Below are positions 28,032 to 36,615 of a stretch of 64,000 nucleotides of DNA, piece after piece. The DNA is taken from positions 53,523 to 117,522 of the IMG/VR virus record IMGVR_UViG_2918987250_000001, one strand, 5' to 3'. Position 1 is the stretch's first letter, and each line of letters opens with the position of its first letter. Made by a program: the position numbers and the translations under genes. The stretch comes from a virus. Taxonomy: Duplodnaviria; Caudoviricetes. The notes under the pieces were generated by a model. The model was not told where the DNA came from and did not search any database. It was given only the letters and a program-made list of their open reading frames with translations.

Positions 28032-29639
28032 TCAGGCCGCGGTCTTCTTCTGGGTCTTGTCCGTCACCTGCCCCTGGCGCTTTTCCTTGGGCGCCTTGGT
28101 CTTCTCGGTGGACTTGGACTTCGAACCCGAAGCGGGGAAATTCGTGGGCGGCCCGGCGTCGGGAGGCGAGGTCGCCTCCATCATCTTCCGGGCCTGCTCG
28201 ATCGGATCGGCCGGCCAGTCCTCGAGCTCCTTCTCGAGCTTCTCGCGGACCGCGGCCTTGATGCCGGGGAACAGCTTGTCCATGACCTGACGCATCTGCT
28301 CGGAGCGGATGCCGCGCGGGGCGTCGATCAGGGCGAGACGCTCGGCGACGGTGAACTCGTCGAAGAGGGAGCGCACGTCGAAGGTCTCGGGGTAGGCGAC
28401 CAGGTCCTCCTTGGGCGCCTCGGCGCCGTTCCAGAGGGCGACGAGCTCGGCGATCTTGTTCTCGGTCTGCTGGAGCGACTGGGCCTTCGAGGTGAGCAGG
28501 CTGTTGAGCTTGTCGAAGTCGTAGGCCTTGGCGACGCCCGACGAGTTGTCGATGCCGACCGAGTTGTCCTGCTTGGTGCGCTCACCGGCGGCGCCGGCCG
28601 TGTGGTAGATCTCGGCGATCACCTTGTTGATGACCTCCATGATGAGCTGCGCCTGCTTGGGATCGGGCGACAGGTATTCCGGCGCGCCACCCTCGCTGTC
28701 GTAGAGGAAGGTGCGCTTGGTGCCGGCCTCGATCAGGGCGTCGTAGTCCTTCTCGCCCGGCAGCACGGACTGGGCCGGCATCGCGAGCTGGGAGAAGGTC
28801 TGATCCTGGATGATGGCGTCGAGGTTCGAGAGGTAGTTGGCCGTGGCCCGGTCCAGGTAGGCGATCTCGTCGATCAGGCCGGCGGCCGTGTAGAGGTTCT
28901 CGCCGAGCAGGTGGTCCGAGAAGAAGCACGGGACGCGGCCGATCGCGACCGGGCCGGTGCCCGTGATCTCGACACGCGCGGTCCCGCGCCGGTCCTCGCG
29001 CACCTCGAAGAGCATCCACTCCTCGCGCGTCCAGAGCCGGTAGCGCACCTTCACCTTGCCGGTGGCCGTGATCGGGTTCTTGTCGTCGCGGTAGGTCTCG
29101 GCGACGAGGATCCAGAGGAGCTCGCCGTCGTCGTCGTGGAAGCCCATGTCCAGGATGTTCTGGGGCTTGACGATGTAGGCGTAGACGCGCGCGCCCTGGG
29201 CCTTCTCGTCAGCGAGCGAGACGGCGGCGTCGGTCTTCGTGGAGTCCACGAACACGGCAACGCGCCCGAGCTGCGACGTGGCGCCGGAGACGAGGCGGAC
29301 GAACTGGTCGATGTTGAGGTTGGAGCGCGTGCAGCGCTTCCAGAAATCCTTGAGGAACTCGGGCGCATCCTCGGAGCGGATGATCTTGCCCTTGAACAGA
29401 TACTTCTGGACGAGCTCGACGATCTCGCGGGTGTGGTTGAAGCGGTAGGCCCGCGCCACGCGATCGTTGAACTCCTTCCGCCCCTCCTTGAGATACTTGA
29501 AGATGTTCGCCTTGAACCACGCGCGCGAGCCTTCATAGGTCGCTTCGAGGAAGTTCCAGTGCTTGATCTTCTCGTCGTATTCAGGGTGGCGGCGCTTCAG
29601 GAACTCCTGGAGCACCTTCTGACTGGCTCCAGAGAGCAT
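28032..29639 (-). CDS. Portal protein
   Basis: 535 aa after TerL; RHPEY...YRFNHTREIV, SGVAKAYDF. Confidence 0.88.
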   Translation of the reverse strand: MLSGASQKVLQEFLKRRHPEYDEKIKHWNFLEATYEGSRAWFKANIFKYLKEGRKEFNDRVARAYRFNHTREIVELVQKYLFKGKIIRSEDAPEFLKDFWKRCTRSNLNIDQFVRLVSGATSQLGRVAVFVDSTKTDAAVSLADEKAQGARVYAYIVKPQNILDMGFHDDDGELLWILVAETYRDDKNPITATGKVKVRYRLWTREEWMLFEVREDRRGTARVEITGTGPVAIGRVPCFFSDHLLGENLYTAAGLIDEIAYLDRATANYLSNLDAIIQDQTFSQLAMPAQSVLPGEKDYDALIEAGTKRTFLYDSEGGAPEYLSPDPKQAQLIMEVINKVIAEIYHTAGAAGERTKQDNSVGIDNSSGVAKAYDFDKLNSLLTSKAQSLQQTENKIAELVALWNGAEAPKEDLVAYPETFDVRSLFDEFTVAERLALIDAPRGIRSEQMRQVMDKLFPGIKAAVREKLEKELEDWPADPIEQARKMMEATSPPDAGPPTNFPASGSKSKSTEKTKAPKEKRQGQVTDKTQKKTAA

Positions 29640-29674
29640 CCTCGCGCCTCGTCCAAGTGTGGCTGTCTGGCTCC

Positions 29675-29703
29675 ATGATAAGTCAGTGGTGACTTACCTT
29701 CAA
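29675..29703 (-). promoter_or_regulatory. Sigma70-like promoter with operator in spacer (upstream of portal)
   Basis: TTGAAG-17(gtaagtcaccactgact)-TATCAT. Confidence 0.75.
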
Positions 29704-29704
29704 G

Positions 29705-30988
29705 CTAGACAGAAACACCCAGCACCTTGATCTTGCGGACGGGGAACTTGAAGTCGATGCAGTAGCCCAGCGCGTCGGCCGGGTGCTCGACGCCGGCAGA
29801 CTTGTCCACCTCGCGCGAGCCCGGCTTGTAGATCGTCTGCTCGAAGGCCGAGATCGTGTGCTTGCAGCCCCGGTCCACCCGCAGCTTGATCGTGCCGTCG
29901 GCCGCCTTGAGCATCCGGTTCACCGCGTTGACGCGATCCGACACGGGCGGGTGCTTGCGCTTATACTGGAGCTTGCGGAAGCCGCCCTGGCGCAGGATGT
30001 CGAGGTCGCTCTCGCCGCGGCCGTGCCCGCGCTGCGCGCCGGCCGGGTCGGGGAAGATGATGACCTGCTTCTGCTGCTTGAAGAAGCGCCGATCGAGCTC
30101 CGTGCAGACCTCGGCCGTCGAGGAGCCGAACAGGATCGCCTCGCCGACGATCCAGACCTCGCCGTTGTCCTGCGGCTGCATGATGACCGAGGACATCGGG
30201 TCGATGTTGAAGTCCTGGCCCACCCAGATCGGCAGGTGCGGGTTGAAGGCGTAGTCGCCGACATGCTGGTTGCGGTCGAAGGCGTAGTAGACCCGGCCCG
30301 ACATCGTCTCGAAGGACGCCTCGAACTCCTGACGGAAGCTCTTCTCGTCGAGGTTCTGGCGCGCGGCCGCGATCTCCTCGACCGGGATGAACGGCGAGGT
30401 GATGGTCGGGAACTGCCAGCTCTTGTGGTCGTTGCGGCGCAGCCGGCCCTTGCTGTCGCGGTAGGTCTCCCCGCGCTGGCCCTTCATGTAGACATCGTAG
30501 AGCCAGTTGTAGGCCTTCGGCGTCCCGATGATGATGGCCTTGCCGCGCGTCGAGGTGAGCGTCGGGTAGAGGACCTTGAACCAGGTGTCCGGCTCGATGT
30601 CCTGGGCCTCGTCGATGATGACCAGGTTGAGCGCGACGCCGCGCAGCGAGTCCGGCTTGTCCGCGCCCTTGAGCACGATGCGTGAGCCGTTCACGAGCCG
30701 GATGGTGAGCCGGGTCTCGTTGACCGAGCGGATCCACTTGGCCGGGATCGAGTCCTTGATCTCGTCCCACATGATGCCGCGGGCCATCCCGTAGGTCGGC
30801 GCCACATACCAGATGAGCTGCTTGGGCTTGGCGGCAGCGGCCTGGACCGCGAGGATGCGCGCGAGCTGCGTCTTGCCCCAACGACGGCCGGCAACGACCA
30901 CACGCACGCGGCGCGGGTCGTTGAAGACCTTCGACTGCCCCTTGTGGAGCGTGAACGTGTTGGGCGCGACGGTGAGCAGGCTACTCAT
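29705..30988 (-). CDS. terL: Terminase large subunit
   Basis: Walker A AGRRWGKT, Walker B IIDE, coupling motif GTP, nuclease GQDFN...HPADALGY. Confidence 0.96.
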   Translation of the reverse strand: MSSLLTVAPNTFTLHKGQSKVFNDPRRVRVVVAGRRWGKTQLARILAVQAAAAKPKQLIWYVAPTYGMARGIMWDEIKDSIPAKWIRSVNETRLTIRLVNGSRIVLKGADKPDSLRGVALNLVIIDEAQDIEPDTWFKVLYPTLTSTRGKAIIIGTPKAYNWLYDVYMKGQRGETYRDSKGRLRRNDHKSWQFPTITSPFIPVEEIAAARQNLDEKSFRQEFEASFETMSGRVYYAFDRNQHVGDYAFNPHLPIWVGQDFNIDPMSSVIMQPQDNGEVWIVGEAILFGSSTAEVCTELDRRFFKQQKQVIIFPDPAGAQRGHGRGESDLDILRQGGFRKLQYKRKHPPVSDRVNAVNRMLKAADGTIKLRVDRGCKHTISAFEQTIYKPGSREVDKSAGVEHPADALGYCIDFKFPVRKIKVLGVSV

Positions 30989-31676
30989 CGTCGTCGTCCT
31001 CGATCACCGCCTCGTCGTCATCCTCGCCGGCGAGCGCGGCGATGGCCGCGTCGTCGCTCTCGTCGAGGATCTCGGCGTCGTCCTGCTCCTGGGCGTCGCG
31101 GCGCGCCTTGACCTCGGCATCGGTGAGGTCGCGGATCGTGAGGGCCGGCAGCTCCTTGTCATCGACCTCGCCATGCGCATCGAGCAGGGTGAAGCGCTCG
31201 TCGCGGGCGGCGATGAGGATCTTCATCGTCCGCTCGAGGGTCTTGATGTTCTTCTCCTCGGTGGCGAACGGCCGGTCTTCCTTCTTGGCGTTGGCGATCA
31301 GCGCCATGGCCTGCCGGGCGATGGTCTCGGTCCAGAGCAGGTGCTCGCCCTTGGCCTTGTCGATCTTCTCCTTGCGCTCGCGCGTGAGCTCCTCGGCCGA
31401 GCGCTCGACGGCCTTCTTGGCCGCCTCGGTGGAGGCGGCCTTGACCTCGTGCGCCCGCGAGCCCCGGCGGATGCCGGCGCGCTTGATGCGCTTCATCAGC
31501 GTCTCGGGCTTGATCGAGAACCGGGAGCAGATCTCGGCAGCACTCGCGGTGCCGAGCTCCCAGATGTCCACGATCTGAGCCCACTCGGCCGGGGTGAGAC
31601 GACGCGCGGAACCGGCCGCATCCTCGTCACCGAGGGCAGCATCGTCTTCCGGGTCCTTCGTCACCTCAGTCAGCAC
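30981..31676 (-). CDS. Terminase small subunit
   Basis: N-terminal HTH directly upstream of TerL; GGAGGAG RBS with a GTG start inside a palindrome copy. Confidence 0.75.
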   Translation of the reverse strand: MLTEVTKDPEDDAALGDEDAAGSARRLTPAEWAQIVDIWELGTASAAEICSRFSIKPETLMKRIKRAGIRRGSRAHEVKAASTEAAKKAVERSAEELTRERKEKIDKAKGEHLLWTETIARQAMALIANAKKEDRPFATEEKNIKTLERTMKILIAARDERFTLLDAHGEVDDKELPALTIRDLTDAEVKARRDAQEQDDAEILDESDDAAIAALAGEDDDEAVIEDDDDE

Positions 31677-31683
31677 TGACTTA
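31666..31683. promoter_or_regulatory. Operator overlapping the terS start
   Basis: TCAGTCAGCACTGACTTA. Confidence 0.75.
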
Positions 31684-31713
31684 CTCCTCCGGGCATGGCT
31701 CGGGCATCCGGTG

Positions 31714-31779
31714 CCATCGCCCTGTTATATGTATTATATAGATACTACTCTAATAGTAATAGTATCTACAGCGCGATGG
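31714..31779. repeat. AT-rich core (42 nt) flanked by 12-bp inverted repeat, copy 2
   Basis: CCATCGCCCTGT-[AT-rich]-ACAGCGCGATGG-ACTTGG. Confidence 0.9.
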
Positions 31780-31795
31780 ACTTGGATCCGGCTCA

Positions 31796-32065
31796 TCACA
31801 CCGATGATCCGGGGCGGAACTCCCGGTAAGCCTTCAGCGTCGGAGCGATGTAGAGCTTCCGCTTCTCTCCATACTTCCGGGAGAGGAAGCCGTGCTGCTC
31901 CAGATACCGGATGGAGAACTGAAGGGCCTGGGGCGTCACCGCCGGCCCGTAGCTCAGCGACGCCTTGAGGTCGTGAAAGGCGATGTCGCTGCCGGCGTCG
32001 GCCGCGGCGAGCACCAGACCCATGATCTCGTGCTGCTTGTCGGTGCCGGCGAAGGTCTCAGGCAT
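31796..32065 (-). CDS. Small winged-helix DNA-binding protein
   Basis: TPQALQFSIRYLEQHGFLSRK...YIAPTLKA wHTH pattern. Confidence 0.65.
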   Translation of the reverse strand: MPETFAGTDKQHEIMGLVLAAADAGSDIAFHDLKASLSYGPAVTPQALQFSIRYLEQHGFLSRKYGEKRKLYIAPTLKAYREFRPGSSV

Positions 32066-33014
32066 CGAACGGCACCTTCAGCTTCTCGGTCGGCTTCTGC
32101 CAGTCGAAGGCGGACAGCGGCAGGCGCTCCGGCATCTCCCGGCCGTGGTCGGGGTTCATCCAGACGCCGTAGAGCGGCGAGGCGAGCGTCATCTGGGCGA
32201 TCGACTTCAACACCTCGCGCGGGGTCATGGCAGCGACACGCTCCCGGCCCTTGCCGCGGTTGTTGCCGGTCTTCTCGAGCGCCGAGTGCCGGTAGTAGAA
32301 GGCGCGGGCGTCGGCGACGATCACCTCGGCCTGCTCCGCGGGCAGGCGCGCCAGCTCCTCGACCATCCCCTCGAAGTCGCCGGGGCTGCTCTCGAAGTGG
32401 CTGCGGAAGAACTTGAGCCCCTTGTCGAACCGGTTGGCGTTCATCGGCTTGACGAACCGGAACCCTGCCTTCTGGCCGAAGTGGTTGAACTTCGACATCG
32501 ACGACTGGATCTCCATGATCCGGTTGCCCTCGAGGCGCGAGACCAGGTTCATCATCCGGTAGCCGGCGCCGATCCCGCGGAACATCGTGTCGATCACGAA
32601 GCGGGAGATGACGCGGAAGTTCTGGTTGATGAAGAGGTAGCGGTCGGTGTTGGTGATGACCGTGTCGCCACCGCCCGGCTTGATCTTCGGGAACGCGACG
32701 TGGCGCTCCTTCAGCAGGCCCTTCGGGTTGGCCGTGACCAGGACGCCGATCGTCTGGCCGTCGAGCGTGAGCTTCCAGAAGCGCGGCCCGATGGAGAGGT
32801 TCTCGGCCTTGTAGTGCAGGTCGTGCAGGAGGTCCCAGTCGGCCTTGGTGCCCCGCTCCACGAACATCTGGTCGATCAGCGAAAACCGGGGCGCAGGGCT
32901 CTCGATGCGCTCGATCAGCGTCTCTGGTGCTTCGAACGCGCGGACGCGCTCACCGGGCAACGTCGCGAAGCCCAGCGCATCTCCGGCGTCGAAGTTGATC
33001 GTGTCGAGCGACAT
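32058..33014 (-). CDS. GNAT-fold (Mom-like) acyltransferase, putative DNA-modifying
   Basis: LHDLHY, ISRFVIDTMFRGIGAG (acyl-CoA motif A), SSMSKFNHFGQKAGF; ATG at 33014. Confidence 0.75.
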   Translation of the reverse strand: MSLDTINFDAGDALGFATLPGERVRAFEAPETLIERIESPAPRFSLIDQMFVERGTKADWDLLHDLHYKAENLSIGPRFWKLTLDGQTIGVLVTANPKGLLKERHVAFPKIKPGGGDTVITNTDRYLFINQNFRVISRFVIDTMFRGIGAGYRMMNLVSRLEGNRIMEIQSSMSKFNHFGQKAGFRFVKPMNANRFDKGLKFFRSHFESSPGDFEGMVEELARLPAEQAEVIVADARAFYYRHSALEKTGNNRGKGRERVAAMTPREVLKSIAQMTLASPLYGVWMNPDHGREMPERLPLSAFDWQKPTEKLKVPFDA

Positions 33015-33100
33015 CAGTGCGTTCCCGACGCTGCAAGGCCGATGGTGATGAGGAGAGCGAGCCCGGCGAGCCAGGCCCAGTCGAGGGCGCGAAGGTGCAT
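33014..33100 (-). CDS. 28-aa single-TM peptide (not in ORF track)
   Basis: MHLRALDWAWLAGLALLITIGLAASGTH with TGATG coupling at both ends. Confidence 0.6.
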   Translation of the reverse strand: MHLRALDWAWLAGLALLITIGLAASGTH

Positions 33101-33465
33101 CAGGCGTTCGGGTCCGGCCGGGTCCAGCGGGTGACGACCGGGCAGGACACGCCCTCGCGGCCGCGCAGCACGTCCCGGAGCTCCGGCGGCAGGTCATCCG
33201 CGCGCAGGTCCTCGAGGATCACCGTGCCGATGAGGAGCCCGCGCAGCATCGCCACCGCCGACGGCTTCATGGCGAGCTGCTCGAGCGAGGTCTCGACGAA
33301 GTGGGTGCCGGGGAGCTGCGCGGAGTAGGCCAGCCCCTTGCGACGCACCACGACCACGGAAACGGGCACCGGCACGGAGATCTTCTCGACCGGGATGCTG
33401 CCGACCGGGATATACGCCGCGGTGACGCTGCCGAAGTTGAGCCCGGAAAGGACGGAGTCGCTCAC
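33100..33465 (-). CDS. Hypothetical protein
   Basis: GTG start overlaps the upstream stop. Confidence 0.55.
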   Translation of the reverse strand: MSDSVLSGLNFGSVTAAYIPVGSIPVEKISVPVPVSVVVVRRKGLAYSAQLPGTHFVETSLEQLAMKPSAVAMLRGLLIGTVILEDLRADDLPPELRDVLRGREGVSCPVVTRWTRPDPNA

Positions 33466-33839
33466 GACACGACCTCCCAGTCCTGGGCCAGCAGGTCGGA
33501 CTGCGAGCACAGCCACGGCACCCGGTTCTTGCAGGCCGTGAACATGAAGACGTAGGGCAGGCTCATCTTCGAGTGGGCGTCCGGCACCTGGAGCTCGAGA
33601 TACATCCCCTTGCCGTTCCAGCCGGCGCGGGCGACACGCAGGCCGGCCCGGAGCGCGGCGACAGCCTGCCCGATGTTGAGCGCGCCGTTCTTCTCGACCG
33701 CGGCGTCCTCGAAGGAGACCTTCGTCACCTTGCGCACGAGCCCGAGCTCCTCGACGGGCGGCCGAGCGTTGCGCGGGGCGAACGTGATGCTGCCGATCGT
33801 CAGATCGCCGCCGGCCTTGACCTTCATGTCCACGTTCAT
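33462..33839 (-). CDS. DUF2829 / Tad2-like anti-defence nucleotide-signal sponge
   Basis: IGQAVAALRAGLRVARAGWNGKGMYL...PWLCSQSDLLAQDW. Confidence 0.85.
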   Translation of the reverse strand: MNVDMKVKAGGDLTIGSITFAPRNARPPVEELGLVRKVTKVSFEDAAVEKNGALNIGQAVAALRAGLRVARAGWNGKGMYLELQVPDAHSKMSLPYVFMFTACKNRVPWLCSQSDLLAQDWEVVS

Positions 33840-34492
33840 GCTGCTGCCTTCTCGACTTCGACGCGCTCGCGGAAGCGCTTGGTGAGGGTGAGGGAGGGAC
33901 CGAGCTCTTCCTTGAGGTCGGTGTGGGTGGTCGCGACCATCAGGGTCTTGCCGGAGCGGCGCGCGATCTTCTGGACGTTGGAGGCGACGACCTTCGCGGT
34001 GACGCGGTCGAGGACGGCGCCGAACTCGTCGGCAATCCAGACATCGGCGCCGGATTCCAGCACCTTCGCGAGCTTGAGGCGGTAGCGCTGGCCGTCGGAG
34101 AGCTCGGACGGCTTGCGGATGTAGATCCAGGCGTCGGAGATGCCGGCGAGCGCGAGGAGGTAGGTCGCCTCCTGGGTGTTCTTGCCGACCTGCTCGATCA
34201 CCGGGCGCTCGTCGAGGCTGACGCCGTCGATGTCGGCGACGACCTTGCCCTCGGCGCGCATCATCGCCGTGAGCTCACGCAGCAGCAGCGACTTGCCCGA
34301 GCCCGACTGGCCCTGGATGTAGACGACATCGCCGGCCCGGATCTCGACCTGGAGCCCGTCGTAGATGACGAACTCCTTGTCGGAGAGGCCCAGGCCGAAG
34401 CTCTCGGCGATCTCGAGCACGCGCGGGGTGCGCTCCACCGACGAGGTGAAGCTCTTGGAGATCGTGTAGGTGTTCTGGGTGATGATGGTCAT
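33836..34492 (-). CDS. Stand-alone ABC-type ATPase
   Basis: GQSGSGKS, LSDGQRYR, WIADEF, ATTH; no permease gene nearby. Confidence 0.92.
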   Translation of the reverse strand: MTIITQNTYTISKSFTSSVERTPRVLEIAESFGLGLSDKEFVIYDGLQVEIRAGDVVYIQGQSGSGKSLLLRELTAMMRAEGKVVADIDGVSLDERPVIEQVGKNTQEATYLLALAGISDAWIYIRKPSELSDGQRYRLKLAKVLESGADVWIADEFGAVLDRVTAKVVASNVQKIARRSGKTLMVATTHTDLKEELGPSLTLTKRFRERVEVEKAAA

Positions 34493-34962
34493 TCGTCGTC
34501 CGGCTGCTCGGCGTCGAGGTCGATGAAGACCGGCTGGTCAGACGCCTCGAAGGCGGCCGCGGTCGGGCTGTCGATGCGCGAGAGCACCTCGACCTTGCCC
34601 TCGCAGAGGTCGGTGAGGCTCCGCTCCAGCACCTTCAGGGAGCCGAGCATCCGGGCGGCGCCGTCGGCGACCGAGAGCCCGATGGGGAGCGAGACGTGCG
34701 CCTCGAACACCTTGTCGGCCTCGTTCCAGACGATCGCCGCGATGCCGCGGCAGAGACCCTGCTCGAAATCCTCGGCCAGGCCGGTGGCGACCTTCAGCGC
34801 CTCCTCGTCCACGGCGTCGGGCGCGACCTCTTCGATCTCGTCCTCGGCCGGCGGCGGCTCGTAGGGCGCGCGCGTGAAGATGTGGAACACCTTCGGGGCG
34901 TCCGGGTCGGCCGGCACCTCGGTGAAATACTTCTTGCGGATCTCGTCCAGGGCGTCGCTCAT
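34489..34962 (-). CDS. Hypothetical acidic protein
   Basis: Coupled ORF. Confidence 0.6.
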   Translation of the reverse strand: MSDALDEIRKKYFTEVPADPDAPKVFHIFTRAPYEPPPAEDEIEEVAPDAVDEEALKVATGLAEDFEQGLCRGIAAIVWNEADKVFEAHVSLPIGLSVADGAARMLGSLKVLERSLTDLCEGKVEVLSRIDSPTAAAFEASDQPVFIDLDAEQPDDE

Positions 34963-34965
34963 GGG

Positions 34966-34983
34966 CGTGTCAGTCCTGACTTA
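34966..34983. promoter_or_regulatory. Degenerate operator
   Basis: CGTGTCAGTCCTGACTTA. Confidence 0.6.
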
Positions 34984-34985
34984 CC

Positions 34986-35663
34986 TCAGATGCCGAACTC
35001 GGTGAGGAACGCCATGAAGGCTTCCGCACCCTTCTTGCCGGTCTCCGTCTGGATACGGCTCATGAAGGCCTTCACGCGCCGGCTGTCGGCGACCGTGACC
35101 TTGGAGAAGCCGAAGGCCTCGGCGACGCGCTGGGGCGCCTCGTCCACGGCGATGGCCGCGGCCTCGTTCTCTTCCTTCTGCTCCTCGACCGCCTCGGCGA
35201 TGTCGTCCACGAAGGCGTCATCGAGCGTGGCCGCGAGGTCGTCGGTCATGAAGGAGAGCTCCTTCTCGTCGAACCCGAGCCAGTCCATCTCGAGCCCGGC
35301 GTCGGAGAGCGCCGTGAGGCCCTCGCGCACGAGGTCGGTGTCGTAGATCTGGTGCTGGACCCGGTTGTCCGAGAGGCGCAGCGCGTCGGCCTCGGCATCG
35401 GTGATGCCGTGCATGACGACGACCGGCACGGTCTTGCGCCCGAGCTCGATCGCAGCCAGGCGGCGCCCGTGGCCGGCGATGATCTCGCCATCCTCGCGCA
35501 CGACGATCGGCTGCGTCCAGCGGCCGGAGCCCTTGATCGCGGCAGCGAGCTTCTTCGTGCTGTCCTTGGAGTGCTTCTTCGCGTTCTTGGCGTAGGGCAC
35601 CAGGCGCTCAACCGGCCAGTGCTCGACGACCATCTCACCGGGCGGGGTCTTAGGCGTCGTCAC
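34986..35663 (-). CDS. ParB/Srx N-terminal domain protein
   Basis: LVPYAKNAKKH...QPIVV...IIAGHGRRLAA...LSDN. Confidence 0.9.
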   Translation of the reverse strand: MTTPKTPPGEMVVEHWPVERLVPYAKNAKKHSKDSTKKLAAAIKGSGRWTQPIVVREDGEIIAGHGRRLAAIELGRKTVPVVVMHGITDAEADALRLSDNRVQHQIYDTDLVREGLTALSDAGLEMDWLGFDEKELSFMTDDLAATLDDAFVDDIAEAVEEQKEENEAAAIAVDEAPQRVAEAFGFSKVTVADSRRVKAFMSRIQTETGKKGAEAFMAFLTEFGI

Positions 35664-35838
35664 GGGACCATTCCTTCAGCATGTCGTAGAGATCGGCATC
35701 GCTCGGTTCGGTCTCATCGACCGTGGGCTCGAAGTTCTCTCCGGCCCGGCACCCGAGGCATTCCCGCTTGATGCGGGTCGGGTCGAAGTGCTCGCACTGG
35801 GAGCACTCATCGAAGCGAGGCTCGATCCTGATCTTCAC
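35650..35838 (-). CDS. Small Cys-rich protein
   Basis: CxxC...CxxC, coupled ORF. Confidence 0.6.
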   Translation of the reverse strand: MKIRIEPRFDECSQCEHFDPTRIKRECLGCRAGENFEPTVDETEPSDADLYDMLKEWSRDDA

Positions 35839-36551
35839 AGGGGCGCTCCGAAGCCGTCGTCCTCGCTGGGCTCGTCGTCTTCGACGGCCGGCGCAGCAGT
35901 CGCGCCCGAGAGCAGGAGGAAGCAGAGAGCGTCGCCGGCATTCATGAGGGCGGTGGCGCCCTCGAAACCCTGGCGCTTGGCCGTCCGGGTGATGAGGTCC
36001 GTCAGGCGCTCCGCATCGGCGAGCGGCACCTGGAAGCGCATCATCGCGTGGGTCTTGGGAGCGGCCGCCGCGGGAGCGACTTCTTCCGGCTCGCTCGTTT
36101 CGGACTCGGTCTCGAGCAAATCGAGATCATCGAGCGCTATAGAAGACGACGAGAAGATCGACGTGATCTCCTCATCAGAGAAAGGCATCGTGTCCTGGAT
36201 TTCCTCCCCGTTCACCAGCGTCTTGAGAAGAGCAGCCAGCTCGCTCGCGTCGTCCTCGCCGTAGCGGGCGTTGTCGATGAGCCCGATCTTCTTGGCCTGA
36301 TCGTCTGCGATCGGCCCGACGTTGATGACGGGGATCTCCTTCAGTCCCAGATCCAGGCAGACCTTCCAGCGGTGCTCGCCCCCGATAATCTCGAGGTCGC
36401 CGCCGGCCTCCCGCACCACGACGGGCTTGAACAGTCCGTGCTGACGAACGGACGCGGTGAGACGCGCCTCGTTGTCGGGGCTCATGTGGTTGGTGTTCCA
36501 CGGATTCGGCCGCAGGGCCGTCGGCGGAAGGGTCAGGGCCTTGGGATACAT
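35835..36551 (-). CDS. ParB/Srx N-terminal domain protein
   Basis: LRPNPWNTN...KPVVVRE...IIGGEHRW; likely start MYPK at 36551. Confidence 0.9.
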   Translation of the reverse strand: MYPKALTLPPTALRPNPWNTNHMSPDNEARLTASVRQHGLFKPVVVREAGGDLEIIGGEHRWKVCLDLGLKEIPVINVGPIADDQAKKIGLIDNARYGEDDASELAALLKTLVNGEEIQDTMPFSDEEITSIFSSSSIALDDLDLLETESETSEPEEVAPAAAAPKTHAMMRFQVPLADAERLTDLITRTAKRQGFEGATALMNAGDALCFLLLSGATAAPAVEDDEPSEDDGFGAPL

Positions 36552-36563
36552 GGGAGGACGTGG

Positions 36564-36590
36564 TAAGTCAGCGCTGACTGACTTGTCAAT
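36564..36590 (-). promoter_or_regulatory. Operator and TTGACA promoter at the head of the late operon
   Basis: TTGACA-agtcagtcagcgctgact-TACCAC, divergent from the helicase. Confidence 0.7.
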
Positions 36591-36615
36591 GCCTATCGGA
36601 GCGAAATGAGCGCCT

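Noticed and set aside
33836-34492. ABC transporter
   Set aside because: No permease or binding-protein gene nearby; the context is GNAT, ParB and terminase.
34986-36551. ParB pair as the partition system of parA
   Set aside because: They are divergent from parA and in the late operon, lack an evident HTH centromere-binding domain, and ParA has its own coupled RHH partner.
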